Assembly (NCBI GenBank): GCA_963845185.1 | Contig: CAWJRG010000010.1 | Location: forward strand, 672,001 to 736,000 | DNA: 64,000 nt | Origin: an uncultured bacterium | Lineage (GTDB): Bacteria > Oederibacteriota > PGYV01 > CAWJRG01 | Direction of reading: 5' to 3' | In this document: one piece after another, positions 9,918 to 19,200 of the stretch | Position numbering within the stretch: position 1 is the first letter of the stretch | Layout: each line of letters starts with the position of its first letter | The notes under the pieces: model-generated | Told to the model about the DNA's origin: nothing | What the model saw: the letters and a program-made list of their open reading frames with translations, nothing else | Databases searched by the model: none | Made by a program: the position numbers and the translations under genes

Positions 9918-10721
9918 TCATCCAAACCTTCCTGTAATATAGTCCTCGGTAATTTTCTTTCCCGGGTTTGTGAACATCTTTGATGTAGTATCGTACTGCA
10001 TAATCTCTCCCAGCATGAAAAATGCGGTCATGTCCGCTATCCTTGCTGCCTGCTGCATGTTGTGCGTGACTATTACGATTGTATAATTTTTCTTAAGTTC
10101 TACTATCAGGTCCTCTATTTTTGAGGTTGACAAAGGGTCAAGCGACGCCGTGGGCTCATCCATCAAAATGACTTCCGGCTTTATCACAAGGCAGCGCGCT
10201 ATGCACAGCCTTTGCTGCTGGCCGCCTGAAAGGTCAAAAGCATTGCGTGACAAAATATTTTTTACCTCTTCCCACAACCCTGCTTCTTTCAGGCTTTGCT
10301 CGACTTTTGCCTCAAGCTCTGCCTGGTTTTTATGAAGCCTGTTTATCCTGAGCCCGTACGCCACGTTTTCGAAAATTGATTTTGGAAAAGGGTTTGGTTT
10401 CTGGAAAACCATACCTACCCTGCGCCTGAGCTGGGTAACGTCAATACCCTCATTGTATATGTTGTTTCCATCAAGGTTCAAATCCCCGTCCACGGTGAAA
10501 TGCTGTATAAGGTCGTTCATCCTGTTTATCGAGCGCAGAAAAGTTGACTTGCCGCACCCTGACGGGCCTATGATTGCCACCACGTTGTTTGCCTGTATCT
10601 GCAGATTTATATTTTTCAGCGCAGCCACCCCGTCGTAATAGGCGTTGAAATTTTTTGCCTCAATCAGCACAGTTTCAGTTTGAGCCGTTTCTTCAGGCGT
10701 TTCTGTTTTATTTTCATTCAT
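9918..10721 (-). CDS. pstB: Phosphate ABC transporter ATPase
   Basis: [40 protein letters not shown]; start MNENK at 10721 with GGGAG SD. Confidence 0.95.
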   Translation of the reverse strand: MNENKTETPEETAQTETVLIEAKNFNAYYDGVAALKNINLQIQANNVVAIIGPSGCGKSTFLRSINRMNDLIQHFTVDGDLNLDGNNIYNEGIDVTQLRRRVGMVFQKPNPFPKSIFENVAYGLRINRLHKNQAELEAKVEQSLKEAGLWEEVKNILSRNAFDLSGGQQQRLCIARCLVIKPEVILMDEPTASLDPLSTSKIEDLIVELKKNYTIVIVTHNMQQAARIADMTAFFMLGEIMQYDTTSKMFTNPGKKITEDYITGRFG

Positions 10722-10736
10722 GGGTTTACTCCCTAT

Positions 10737-10832
10737 GACAGCGTTTGTTTTATCAAGCCGAAGGCGCTGGTAAAACATTACGCTGTCTTGCACCCGCTCA
10801 AGTCCGCAGCCAAAGCTGGGGACAAGCGGTGC
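10737..10832 (-). repeat. Two-hairpin structured element, copy 3 (abuts pstB SD)
   Basis: GCACCGCTTGTCC..GGACTTGAGCGGGTGC-AA-GACAGCGT-AA-TGTTTTA..TAAAACA-A-ACGCTGTC. Confidence 0.8.
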
Positions 10833-10877
10833 TTTCTATTATATTTTGTTCCTCAAAACTTTTTTTGTTCCGGAAAT

Positions 10878-11729
10878 TTACCATTTTCTTTCCTTCCTTA
10901 TTTTTGTCCTTACTATTATTGCGGACGCGTTGATGACAAGCACGAGCAGCAAAAGCACCAGCGCAGTGCCGTAAGCAATGCTTACCTGCTCGGGCCTGTT
11001 GCCTTCTGTCATGAGCGCGTAAATATGGTACGGCAGAGCCATTACTTCCGAGAGAAGAGACGTCGGCAGTTTTATTGTGTAAAACGTGGCAGCTGTCATA
11101 AGTATAGGCGCTGTCTCTCCTGCTGCCCTGCCTATGCTTAGTATGACTCCGGTCAATATGCCGGGCAGCGAATTCGGAAGCACTATTTTATAAACTGTCT
11201 GCCATTTTGTCGCGCCGAGCGCGAGTGATGCTTCCTTGAAAGTAAGCGGCACTGTAAGTATAGCCTCCTCTGATGTCCTTATTATCGTGGGCAGTATAAG
11301 CATGCCCAGCACAAGGCTTCCTGAAAGCAGGGAAACGCCAAACTCCATGAATTTCACAAAAACAGCCAGGCCAAAAAGCCCGAAAACTATCGAAGGTACG
11401 CCTGAAAGCGCATCTATGCCGACGCGTACAATCCTTACTGCCCTCCTGTTCCTGGCGTATTCCGTGAGCCATATTGCTGTCAATATCCCGAGAGGCACCG
11501 CGAAAATTACCGCGCCTATTGAAAGCAGGAAAGTTCCCATAATTGCCGGGAATATCCCGCCTTTTGTCATGCCGTCGCTCGGGAACTGGGTAAAAAACCC
11601 GAAACTCAATACCTTTATGCCTTTTGCCGCGATGAATAAAATTATTGTGCCTAAAAACACAAGGACAAAAAGCAGGCAAAGCCTTATAAAGAGAAAACCT
11701 AATGCCTGGGATATTTTCCTGTAATTCAT
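10878..11729 (-). CDS. pstA: Phosphate ABC transporter permease PstA
   Basis: GGIFPAIMGT, GVPSIVFGLFG, EASLALGATKWQT, GRAAGETAP. Confidence 0.95.
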   Translation of the reverse strand: MNYRKISQALGFLFIRLCLLFVLVFLGTIILFIAAKGIKVLSFGFFTQFPSDGMTKGGIFPAIMGTFLLSIGAVIFAVPLGILTAIWLTEYARNRRAVRIVRVGIDALSGVPSIVFGLFGLAVFVKFMEFGVSLLSGSLVLGMLILPTIIRTSEEAILTVPLTFKEASLALGATKWQTVYKIVLPNSLPGILTGVILSIGRAAGETAPILMTAATFYTIKLPTSLLSEVMALPYHIYALMTEGNRPEQVSIAYGTALVLLLLVLVINASAIIVRTKIRKERKW

Positions 11730-11730
11730 T

Positions 11731-12582
11731 TTATTTTGCCCTCACATATATTTCCGCAAGCAGGGAAAAAATCAGGTTGAATACAAAAAGTACTATGCCT
11801 ATGCCGAAGAGCGCGTGGTAGTGCATACTGCCGACCACGGCCTCGCCCATTTCAAGCGCTATCGAGGCGGTCATCGCCCTCATCGGCTCGAAAATCGTCC
11901 CGGGCATTTTTATGGCATTGCCTCCCACCATCAGCACCGTCATTGTCTCGCCCATTGTCCTGCTTACTCCGAGGATAATTGCCGTGAATATCCCTGACCT
12001 TGCCGCAGGTATAACCACCTTTATTATTGTTTCCCACTTGTTTGCTCCCAGCGCGTATGAAGCGTGCCTTAATTCCTTTGGTACGGCAGCTATCGCGTCC
12101 TCTGTAATGCTGGCAATAAGCGGCACTGCCATTACTGCCAGTATGAGCGCGGCAGTAAATCCGCACTGTCCCGTCGGCAAATGGAATACTTTCTGTACAA
12201 GCGGTGCGACAAATACTATCCCAAAAAACCCGAAAACAACCGATGGAACTCCTGCGAGTACTTCCATCACAGGCTTTATTATTTCCCTGGTCCTCGCGCC
12301 TGCCATTTCAGAAATATACACTGCGCTGCCTATGCCGAGCGGCAGGGCTATAAGTACTGCTGCCACGGTAATTACCCACGACGCGACAACCATGGTCATT
12401 ATGCCGAACTCGGGGTCTGCCGCAGTCGGCTGCCACTGGGAACCGAACAAAAATTTTAAAATGCCGTATCCTTTAAAAACCGGAAATCCTGCGAATAGGA
12501 GCGTCAGGGCAATGGCTCCAAGGAATATAAGGGACACCGAAGCAAATATTGGGAGCATTTTTTCTATGAAATTTTTTTTCAT
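11731..12582 (-). CDS. pstC: Phosphate ABC transporter permease PstC
   Basis: LAGVPSVVFGFFG, SYALGANKWET, RTMGETM, IALEMGEA; alternative start at 12600. Confidence 0.93.
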   Translation of the reverse strand: MKKNFIEKMLPIFASVSLIFLGAIALTLLFAGFPVFKGYGILKFLFGSQWQPTAADPEFGIMTMVVASWVITVAAVLIALPLGIGSAVYISEMAGARTREIIKPVMEVLAGVPSVVFGFFGIVFVAPLVQKVFHLPTGQCGFTAALILAVMAVPLIASITEDAIAAVPKELRHASYALGANKWETIIKVVIPAARSGIFTAIILGVSRTMGETMTVLMVGGNAIKMPGTIFEPMRAMTASIALEMGEAVVGSMHYHALFGIGIVLFVFNLIFSLLAEIYVRAK

Positions 12583-12727
12583 TGTTTTCCCTCTTTCCAT
12601 CGCCTTTATTTAATTGCAGGGACGGCCATAGGCCGTCCCAAAAATCTAACTTCGAAACAGCCTTTTTTGGCATGGGACGCTGCCAAAAAGGATGCTTCAT
12701 GGCGCATTACAAGTATATGAACCAACC

Positions 12728-12765
12728 TTTAAAAACATATTAAAATTGTGTTAATTTTGTGTTAA
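12728..12765 (-). promoter_or_regulatory. Pho-box-like direct repeats upstream of pstC
   Basis: TTAAC/TTAAT/TTAAA half-sites at 11-bp period (12761, 12750, 12739, 12728). Confidence 0.65.
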
Positions 12766-14300
12766 GTCGCCTTTTCAAAATTGACCTTTCTGCCGTAAAC
12801 CTCCTCAAAAAGGAACTTTTTCACATCCGCGCCCCATATGGCAATGTCAATATTGCTTTTTGACGAGTATTTTAGTATTAAGTTGACGGTATTCCTGCGG
12901 ATAACACATCTGACAAATTCGATTGCCGAGGAGTGCATCCTGTCCAGGCCGTCTGCTATCCTGAGTATTGCAGCCAGTTTCCTGACTTTTTCGCGGTCAT
13001 TGTCCGACAGATTTAAAAAGCCCGGGTGCTTCATTTTTGGGTGGCTTTTCCTGTGGTACCTGCTTATGTTTGCTATTATTTCTTTTTCGTTTTCGGTAAA
13101 CCCGAAAAGTTCGGCGTTCCTGATAAGGTAGTATGAGTGTATGTGGTGCTGTGAGTGGGAAAGCACCAGGCCTATGTCGTGAAGTATGGCGGCGTAGCGC
13201 AAATATTCCCGCTCCGCGTGCTTGAGCCTGTGCAAAGATTTCAACTGGTCGAAAATCTCAAGCGCAAGTTTTTCCGTCTGGAAAGCATGTTTTTCCTCAA
13301 GCCGGAAAGTCCTGCCAAGTGCTATCACGCTTTTATAACGCAGGTCTATGAACATGTGCGAATATTTACCCGGATATGCCCTTTGCATCGTGTCAAAAAT
13401 CAGGCCTTCCCTGAGCGCGTATTCCGAAACCTTTAATTCCTCAATATCAAACTGCCTGAATATCTCGCTTAGTATAATTATGCCGGATATTATTATGTCC
13501 GCCCGTTTTTTATTAAGCCCGGGAATCACAGCTATCTTTTCCGGGGTTCCGGCATGGAGTATCTTTTCAGCAACTTTTTCAAATTCCTTCCTTGTCAGGA
13601 CATTGTTTTCATTTTCATGGCTGCCTGAAAGCTTCCGCGCCACATTCAGTGCATTTATTATTGTGCCGGATGTGCCTATGACCTCGTCATACTTTATTTT
13701 TTTTACTGCCCTTACTATGGGGAACAGCATGCCTTTAACGAAACTGCGGCATTTTTTTACGGCCTTGCGCTTGAATTTATGTTCCGGGAAAAATTTTTCA
13801 GTCAGCCTCACCGTGCCTATTTTGAGGCTGTTGCCGTAAAAAATATTGTTCTTTTGCCCCACAAGGAATTCCGTGGAACCGCCGCCAATGTCGACCACCA
13901 GGATTTTCTTGTTGTAAACAGGCAGGGCGTGAAGCACTCCCTGGTAAATGAGCCGCGCTTCCTCGAATCCCGATATGACCTCTATGTCGATTCCTGTTTC
14001 CACTTTTACTTTTTTCAGGAAAAAATCCACGTTCAGCGCCTCGCGCACCACGCTTGTCCCCACTGCCCTGATCGAGGCCTTTTTTGCAGTACAGATTCTC
14101 TTGAATCGTTTCAGCGTGTCTACGGCTTTCGCCATAGCTTCGCCGCTTATAAATTTCATGTTCGCAGACCCGGAACCGAGTCTTATCATTTCTTTTTCCC
14201 TGTCTATTATGTAAAGCTTGCTGTTTTCAAGGTCAACCCTGGCTATTATCATATGGAATGAGTTTGTGCCGGCGTCTATTGCTGCAATGTGTTTGTTCAT
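12762..14300 (-). CDS. ppx: Exopolyphosphatase Ppx/GppA with HD domain
   Basis: IDAGTNSFHM, ISGFEEARL, DIGGGSTE, ALREG, LHDIG..HHIHSYY, LRIADGLD. Confidence 0.93.
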   Translation of the reverse strand: MNKHIAAIDAGTNSFHMIIARVDLENSKLYIIDREKEMIRLGSGSANMKFISGEAMAKAVDTLKRFKRICTAKKASIRAVGTSVVREALNVDFFLKKVKVETGIDIEVISGFEEARLIYQGVLHALPVYNKKILVVDIGGGSTEFLVGQKNNIFYGNSLKIGTVRLTEKFFPEHKFKRKAVKKCRSFVKGMLFPIVRAVKKIKYDEVIGTSGTIINALNVARKLSGSHENENNVLTRKEFEKVAEKILHAGTPEKIAVIPGLNKKRADIIISGIIILSEIFRQFDIEELKVSEYALREGLIFDTMQRAYPGKYSHMFIDLRYKSVIALGRTFRLEEKHAFQTEKLALEIFDQLKSLHRLKHAEREYLRYAAILHDIGLVLSHSQHHIHSYYLIRNAELFGFTENEKEIIANISRYHRKSHPKMKHPGFLNLSDNDREKVRKLAAILRIADGLDRMHSSAIEFVRCVIRRNTVNLILKYSSKSNIDIAIWGADVKKFLFEEVYGRKVNFEKAT

Positions 14301-15026
14301 TTATTCTGTGATCCCCAGAACCGACATTATGCCTTCCTTGAGTATTTTGTTGACATGGGAAAATTTTTTACCTGCGTCAACTACCTGGAACCCGTATTCT
14401 TTTGCCATTGAGTCGAATATTGAGATAACTTTTTTCTGGTAATGGATGAAGCTGTCGTAAAAATCCTCACCGAGCCTCATGTCCATGCCCGATTCCCAGA
14501 AATCCATCATTTTCTCCGTGCTTTTCCAGTACTCGTCTCCCAGGTTGTCGCTGTTTAATATGCGCGGGATGAGCGCCTTTACCCTTACGCGCATATAAAA
14601 AACCGCGTCAGGTACAAGCGCAAAACCGTATGATTTCAACAGCCACTCCCTGTCAATGCCCCTGGTGAGCGAGCGGGCAAAAGCAGTGTATATGTAACGG
14701 TCTGCCAGCACTATGTAACCCGCTTTCAGCGCAGGTATTATCTCGTGCTCGAGCCTGTCCGCAAAATCAGCCAGGTAAAGCAAACTGAAAGTATGTACAT
14801 TTAAATTCTGGCGTTCTTTTGCGTCCTGGACTGCCTTGCCGATAAAAGGCGAGCGTATCCAGCCGGTCACAGATACCGGATAACCCTTTACTTCGAGCCA
14901 CTCCTTAATGTCGCTTATCTGGGTGGAACGTCCAACACCGTCAGTGCCCTCTATCACAATCAGCTTGCCTGTTATGTCGCTCAAGTCAATTTTTGGCAGC
15001 GTTATCCCTGAAAAAGTCTTGATCAT
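14301..15026 (-). CDS. Thymidylate-kinase-like protein with degenerate P-loop (candidate PPK3-type regulatory subunit)
   Basis: LIVIEGTDGVGRST (Walker A K to R), LADRYIYTAFAR; overlaps its paralog. Confidence 0.75.
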   Translation of the reverse strand: MIKTFSGITLPKIDLSDITGKLIVIEGTDGVGRSTQISDIKEWLEVKGYPVSVTGWIRSPFIGKAVQDAKERQNLNVHTFSLLYLADFADRLEHEIIPALKAGYIVLADRYIYTAFARSLTRGIDREWLLKSYGFALVPDAVFYMRVRVKALIPRILNSDNLGDEYWKSTEKMMDFWESGMDMRLGEDFYDSFIHYQKKVISIFDSMAKEYGFQVVDAGKKFSHVNKILKEGIMSVLGITE

Positions 15027-15709
15027 ATTATGGGCTCCGGCACATAATTTTCGAGCACTGATTTTGTCATTTCGCGCACCAGATGCTGCTGGCTGTTTAT
15101 GCTCTGCGTCGCGTCAATGACATTCAGGCCGTACTCAGCGCATATCCTGTCATATTCCTCCAGTATTTTTCCCTGGAATATTTTGAAACTTTCCTCCGGG
15201 TCGTCGGAAAAGCCTATATCCATGCCTGCCTCGTAGTATTTCAGGCTCGGCCTTCCTATCATTATTCTTTTTATGGAAACATCCGTGTTAACCTTGAAAT
15301 ATAATGCGAGATTTGGTTTTATAGCAAAACCGTAAAGATCCTTGACCCACTCGCGGTCAACTCCCCTCACTGCGTCTCTGGCAAATGCAGTATATATGTA
15401 GCGGTCGGCAAGGACTATCATTCCTGCTTTTAACGGCGGCAAAATCAAATGGTTCAGCCTGTCTGCAAAATCAACAGCGTGCAAAATGCTGAATGTAGTC
15501 GGAGTAAGAAGATTTTTTTTCTTTCCTCTCCTTATAGTTTCGTTGACAAGGTCGGAAGAGTTCCACTCCGTGAAAAAAACCTGGTGCCCGAGGCTTTTGA
15601 GCCATTCCTGGAGCAGCCTGAGCTGCGTGGATTTTCCCGAGCCGTCTATGCCTTCAACTATTATTAGTTTTCCCGGATAAGGGTGCTGGTCAAGATATTT
15701 TCTTGGCAT
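15023..15709 (-). CDS. Thymidylate-kinase-like protein (candidate PPK3-type catalytic subunit)
   Basis: LIIVEGIDGSGKSTQ, TEWNSS, LADRYIYTAFARD, YYEAGMD. Confidence 0.8.
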   Translation of the reverse strand: MPRKYLDQHPYPGKLIIVEGIDGSGKSTQLRLLQEWLKSLGHQVFFTEWNSSDLVNETIRRGKKKNLLTPTTFSILHAVDFADRLNHLILPPLKAGMIVLADRYIYTAFARDAVRGVDREWVKDLYGFAIKPNLALYFKVNTDVSIKRIMIGRPSLKYYEAGMDIGFSDDPEESFKIFQGKILEEYDRICAEYGLNVIDATQSINSQQHLVREMTKSVLENYVPEPII

Positions 15710-15714
15710 TATTT

Positions 15715-16218
15715 TTACCTAATCGCGCGAAGCTGTTTGGGCTGCATGAGCCACACAAGCTTCGTGGTATTTTCAGGCGGCAGGCCGTCCATGTCAAGCC
15801 TAGCGACCGCGCCTTTTTTCAGGACAATTGAAATATTCATTGAGCCCAGCATAAACCCGATCATCACCGATAAGTCGGGCTCATGTCCCACAAGCAAAAT
15901 GCTGTTGCACGCCTTGTGCTCGGCTATTGTCAGGGCAAGCATTTTCATGCTTCCGCCAGGCGCGAGTTCCTTAATAACCTCGATTTTTTTCTTGAACCCG
16001 TATTCCTGCGCGACTATTATGGCAGTTTCAAATGCGCGCTTTAGCGGGCTTGAAAAAATGCACGCGATGTCAGGCACAATTTTTTTCAGTCCTTTTGCTG
16101 CCTTTGCCACCTTTTTTATGCCGTCTTCTGTGAGCGGCCTCTCTGAATCCCTGTCGCGGAAAAGCGGGATGTTCTTGTCCACGGCCGGACCGTGCCGCAT
16201 AAAATATAATCGGGTCAT
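15715..16218 (-). CDS. sixA: Phosphohistidine phosphatase SixA
   Basis: RHG, DSERPLT, SSPLKRAFETA, LVGHEPDL. Confidence 0.9.
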   Translation of the reverse strand: MTRLYFMRHGPAVDKNIPLFRDRDSERPLTEDGIKKVAKAAKGLKKIVPDIACIFSSPLKRAFETAIIVAQEYGFKKKIEVIKELAPGGSMKMLALTIAEHKACNSILLVGHEPDLSVMIGFMLGSMNISIVLKKGAVARLDMDGLPPENTTKLVWLMQPKQLRAIR

Positions 16219-16269
16219 GTTTTCACCTATTTTTGTAGTTAAATTATAAGATATGAGTATTGTGGAATT

Positions 16270-16296
16270 TTTAAGAAATAGTTAATTATTTGTTAA
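16270..16296 (-). promoter_or_regulatory. Pho-box-like repeats upstream of sixA
   Basis: TTAACAAATAA-TTAACTATTTC-TTAAA, 11-bp period. Confidence 0.6.
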
Positions 16297-16325
16297 AATT
16301 TTTGGACTGATAAGCGAGCTGTGGA

Positions 16326-16465
16326 GCCCCCCGCCTTCACAGGCGGGGCACCTTTAAAAAATTCTCATATGCTCCCTCCCCGGAGCGGTCATATATCCCA
16401 CCGGGATATATTCCTATCCCAGCCTGACTTCGGCTGAGCTCAGTCGAAGCCCTACCGGCGGGGAT
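16326..16465. repeat. Cluster of short REP-like palindromes
   Basis: CCCCGCCT-TCAC-AGGCGGGG, ATATATCCC-ACC-GGGATATAT, CTTCGGCTGAGCTCAGTCGAAG. Confidence 0.55.
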
Positions 16466-16524
16466 TTTCGCGGAGTGGGATTAAATGAAAATTTTTATAT
16501 ATTTTATGCCTTCATTGCCCCATC

Positions 16525-16569
16525 CTTACCACTTACCACTTACCACTTACTCCTACCCTTACCACTACC
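16525..16569. repeat. Heptamer tandem repeat (CTTACCA)n
   Basis: Three perfect and several degenerate units. Confidence 0.8.
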
Positions 16570-16874
16570 TTGGATGGCGCAGTTACATATGTTTCAGTCT
16601 TTTTTCCACTTGATACTTATAGGTTGTGGAGAAATAAGGGGGATGATTATGCGAATTGGGTTGGGCATAGTGCGTATATAGTATTTTATACGAAATTTGT
16701 TTTTAAGAGGTTTTTTCCAATGTTTATCATACAAATCTTTGGTTTAAAGGAATTTGTATAACATTTTATATGAAATTAGATTTTCATGATATATTTTGCC
16801 CGAATTCTGCTTTGGCCCCTATTTGCATCGGGATTAATTTTGTTCTCATCATATTGCTTCTACTTTGGCATTTC

Positions 16875-17042
16875 TTATTTATCCTTGATTTCATGTATTT
16901 CGTGAAAAGCAAACTGCTCGTGTTCCCCCGTATCCATTTTGATAGTAAATGCAACTTTCCCTTTTGGAAGATGTATCTCTTTTACTATTTCCCCATGCTT
17001 ATCTTTATGCTCTCCCAACTTCAATCGTATTCTTGTTGACAC
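16875..17042 (-). CDS. Small 55-aa KOW/SH3-like protein (absent from the ORF track)
   Basis: GGGAG SD, GTG start; MSTRIRLKLGEHKDKHGEIVKEIHLPKGKVAFTIKMDTGEHEQFAFHEIHEIKDK. Confidence 0.65.
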   Translation of the reverse strand: MSTRIRLKLGEHKDKHGEIVKEIHLPKGKVAFTIKMDTGEHEQFAFHEIHEIKDK

Positions 17043-17146
17043 TATTTACTCCCAATTTTACTTAAATCTTAATTTTTCCCCCTTCCGCGAACACAACCTT
17101 TAATCAATCTTTTCTTCAGCAAACACTGAATTTTAATACTTCTAAT

Positions 17147-19120
17147 TTATTTATATACCGTACTTTTTATTATTATCTCAACTCTCCTATTTTTCTGCCT
17201 GCCTTCATCCGTATCGTTTGTCGCTATGGGTTGTGTTTCCCCATAGCCTTCTGTTTCTATCCTTTTCTCGTCCATTCCAAGCAGGTTCACCATGAAAAAC
17301 TTGACTGCATCTGCCCTTGCTTTGGACAGCTCCATATTTGAATTGTATTTTTTACCCGTAGTCTGGGTATTATCGGTATGGCCCGCGACTATTATGTCGC
17401 TATCCGGATATTTGTCGATTGTTTCTTTCATCCCATTCAGAACATTATAAGCGGATATTTTTACGTCTGCCTGGCCAAGGTCAAACAGTGTATCCGACGA
17501 GAATATGAGTTTTATGTTCTTTAGCAGTACAACCTGCGACTGAACCGGTGTCTGCGCTTTGTTTCCCACCGTGTCATGCGCGATAAAGCTGTAATAATAA
17601 ATATCTCCTGTATTCACGTAATCGCCATTGTTTCCTTTGCCGTCCCATATATAAGAAATTGGCGGTTCGCCTTTCCCTTGGGTTGAAAAGAATATCTTTT
17701 TATCCTTATCCCATATAACAAACTGCCATGCCCCTATATTATTTTTGTCATGCGCATAAAAAGTAAACGTTACCGGGATCAGCAAGTTTTCTTCACCAAA
17801 TTTTAAAAGTTTTGGCTCGGCATCAACCCTCACGTCAGGCGGTGTGTTGTCTATTTCAACAGGAGCTTCGTTCGACTCTGACTTCCCCTTGTCGTATTCT
17901 ACTGTTGCTTTTGCCTTGTATGCGCCGTCCTGTAAAACAACGCCGTTTGCCTTACCGTCCCATTCAACTGATTTATCAAGGCCTCTTTTCGCGTCTATGC
18001 TTGTTAAAAACGTCTGCCCTGTCTCGCCATAAATATCGATTTTGAGCGACTTTATTTTATCGGGTAATTTCGCAGAAGTGGAAAAATATGTTGTGTCCAT
18101 AAACTTATCGTCGTTTGGCGAAAATACCGCAGGCGAAACTGTCAGTTTTAAAGGCGGCGTTCCCCACGCATAAACAAGGGAAACCCTGTTGGTATTTCCA
18201 AGTTCATCATAACTTACATAAGCATAGTTAAACTCAATGTCCGCGTATTTTAAACCTACGCCGAATGTCGGCTGGTTATATGCTCCGAATTCGTATCCCA
18301 GCCTTAAAGCCAGTATATTATTTATCCAGTATTCCGCGCCTACTCCGCATAGCGGATCATAATCAGTCTGCGGTATAACCTGCCCCGATACTGTAAGTTC
18401 ATTGCCGTATAAATTAACCTGATCCGCCAGTCCAATTTGCAAATTTAACGGCGTGCTGAATGCCTCATCATTCATCTTTAAGCTTGCGCCAAGGTTCGAA
18501 ACCGTCAACCCCGCCCTTATAAGATTATTATTTAATTCTTTTTTATACATCACGCCTATATTCCCTGCAAGATTCGAGCCGCTGAAATTATCTATGTTTT
18601 CCGAATTAATCTTTAAAGTTAATCCAGCACTGAAATTATCATTTATGTCCTGCCCATATCCAATTATAACCGAATAATCAAATGGAGAAAAATATCCGTT
18701 TATTAAACTATCCGGGTTTATGCTGTTTAAATATGATGAATCGTAGGAAGGTAATACAGACGACTTACCAATGTTGTTAACCTGCAGCCATGCAAAAGCA
18801 ATGCCGATCTTTCCAAGATCCTCAGCATGTGGAATTGGCCCTACAAAAGACGCAAATTCATAATTGATGTCCTGAAACCAAGCAATATGGCTTGCTTGAA
18901 CCTCATATCCCATCAGCGAACCGATGCCTGCGGGATTATAATATAAACCATATGTCCCGTCTGATATCGCAGTATAGGCCTCTCCCATTCCCTCTGCTCT
19001 CGCAAAAGGCACGATTTTTAGAAAATTTGTGCTCGTTGTGCCTGCAAGCTCTGCCCCGGCGTAAATACTGTTTATAAAAATACCCGTGCTAACAGCTATA
19101 AATATTAATACCTTTTTCAT
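17147..19120 (-). CDS. PorV/UPF0164-like beta-barrel fused to FlgD Ig-like repeats and an OmpA peptidoglycan-binding domain
   Basis: FLKIVPFARAEGMGEAY..YYNPAG; FSPNDD..WDGK..DGAY; FDLGQA..GHTD..LSKARA..GYGE..NRRVE. Confidence 0.85.
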   Translation of the reverse strand: MKKVLIFIAVSTGIFINSIYAGAELAGTTSTNFLKIVPFARAEGMGEAYTAISDGTYGLYYNPAGIGSLMGYEVQASHIAWFQDINYEFASFVGPIPHAEDLGKIGIAFAWLQVNNIGKSSVLPSYDSSYLNSINPDSLINGYFSPFDYSVIIGYGQDINDNFSAGLTLKINSENIDNFSGSNLAGNIGVMYKKELNNNLIRAGLTVSNLGASLKMNDEAFSTPLNLQIGLADQVNLYGNELTVSGQVIPQTDYDPLCGVGAEYWINNILALRLGYEFGAYNQPTFGVGLKYADIEFNYAYVSYDELGNTNRVSLVYAWGTPPLKLTVSPAVFSPNDDKFMDTTYFSTSAKLPDKIKSLKIDIYGETGQTFLTSIDAKRGLDKSVEWDGKANGVVLQDGAYKAKATVEYDKGKSESNEAPVEIDNTPPDVRVDAEPKLLKFGEENLLIPVTFTFYAHDKNNIGAWQFVIWDKDKKIFFSTQGKGEPPISYIWDGKGNNGDYVNTGDIYYYSFIAHDTVGNKAQTPVQSQVVLLKNIKLIFSSDTLFDLGQADVKISAYNVLNGMKETIDKYPDSDIIVAGHTDNTQTTGKKYNSNMELSKARADAVKFFMVNLLGMDEKRIETEGYGETQPIATNDTDEGRQKNRRVEIIIKSTVYK

Positions 19121-19200
19121 TAGGTCCCACCTGTATCTTGACTTACCTTATTTATAATTGCCTGCCATGTTCTTCCTTTCCTCATTCCAAATCCCGCATT

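Noticed and set aside
9692..9937. 81-aa + strand ORF
   Set aside because: Translation of the tandem structured repeats; antisense to the operon
10722..10793. N-terminal extension of PstB in the ORF track
   Set aside because: Runs through the repeat element; the SD supports the ATG at 10721
9642..10832. CRISPR array, integron attC sites or hammerhead ribozyme as explanation of the repeats
   Set aside because: No regular repeat-spacer period or cas genes; no RYYYAAC/GTTRRRY boxes; no CUGAUGA/GAAA core
16770..17039. 89-aa + strand hydrophobic ORF
   Set aside because: Shadow of the better-supported 55-aa - strand ORF; no SD
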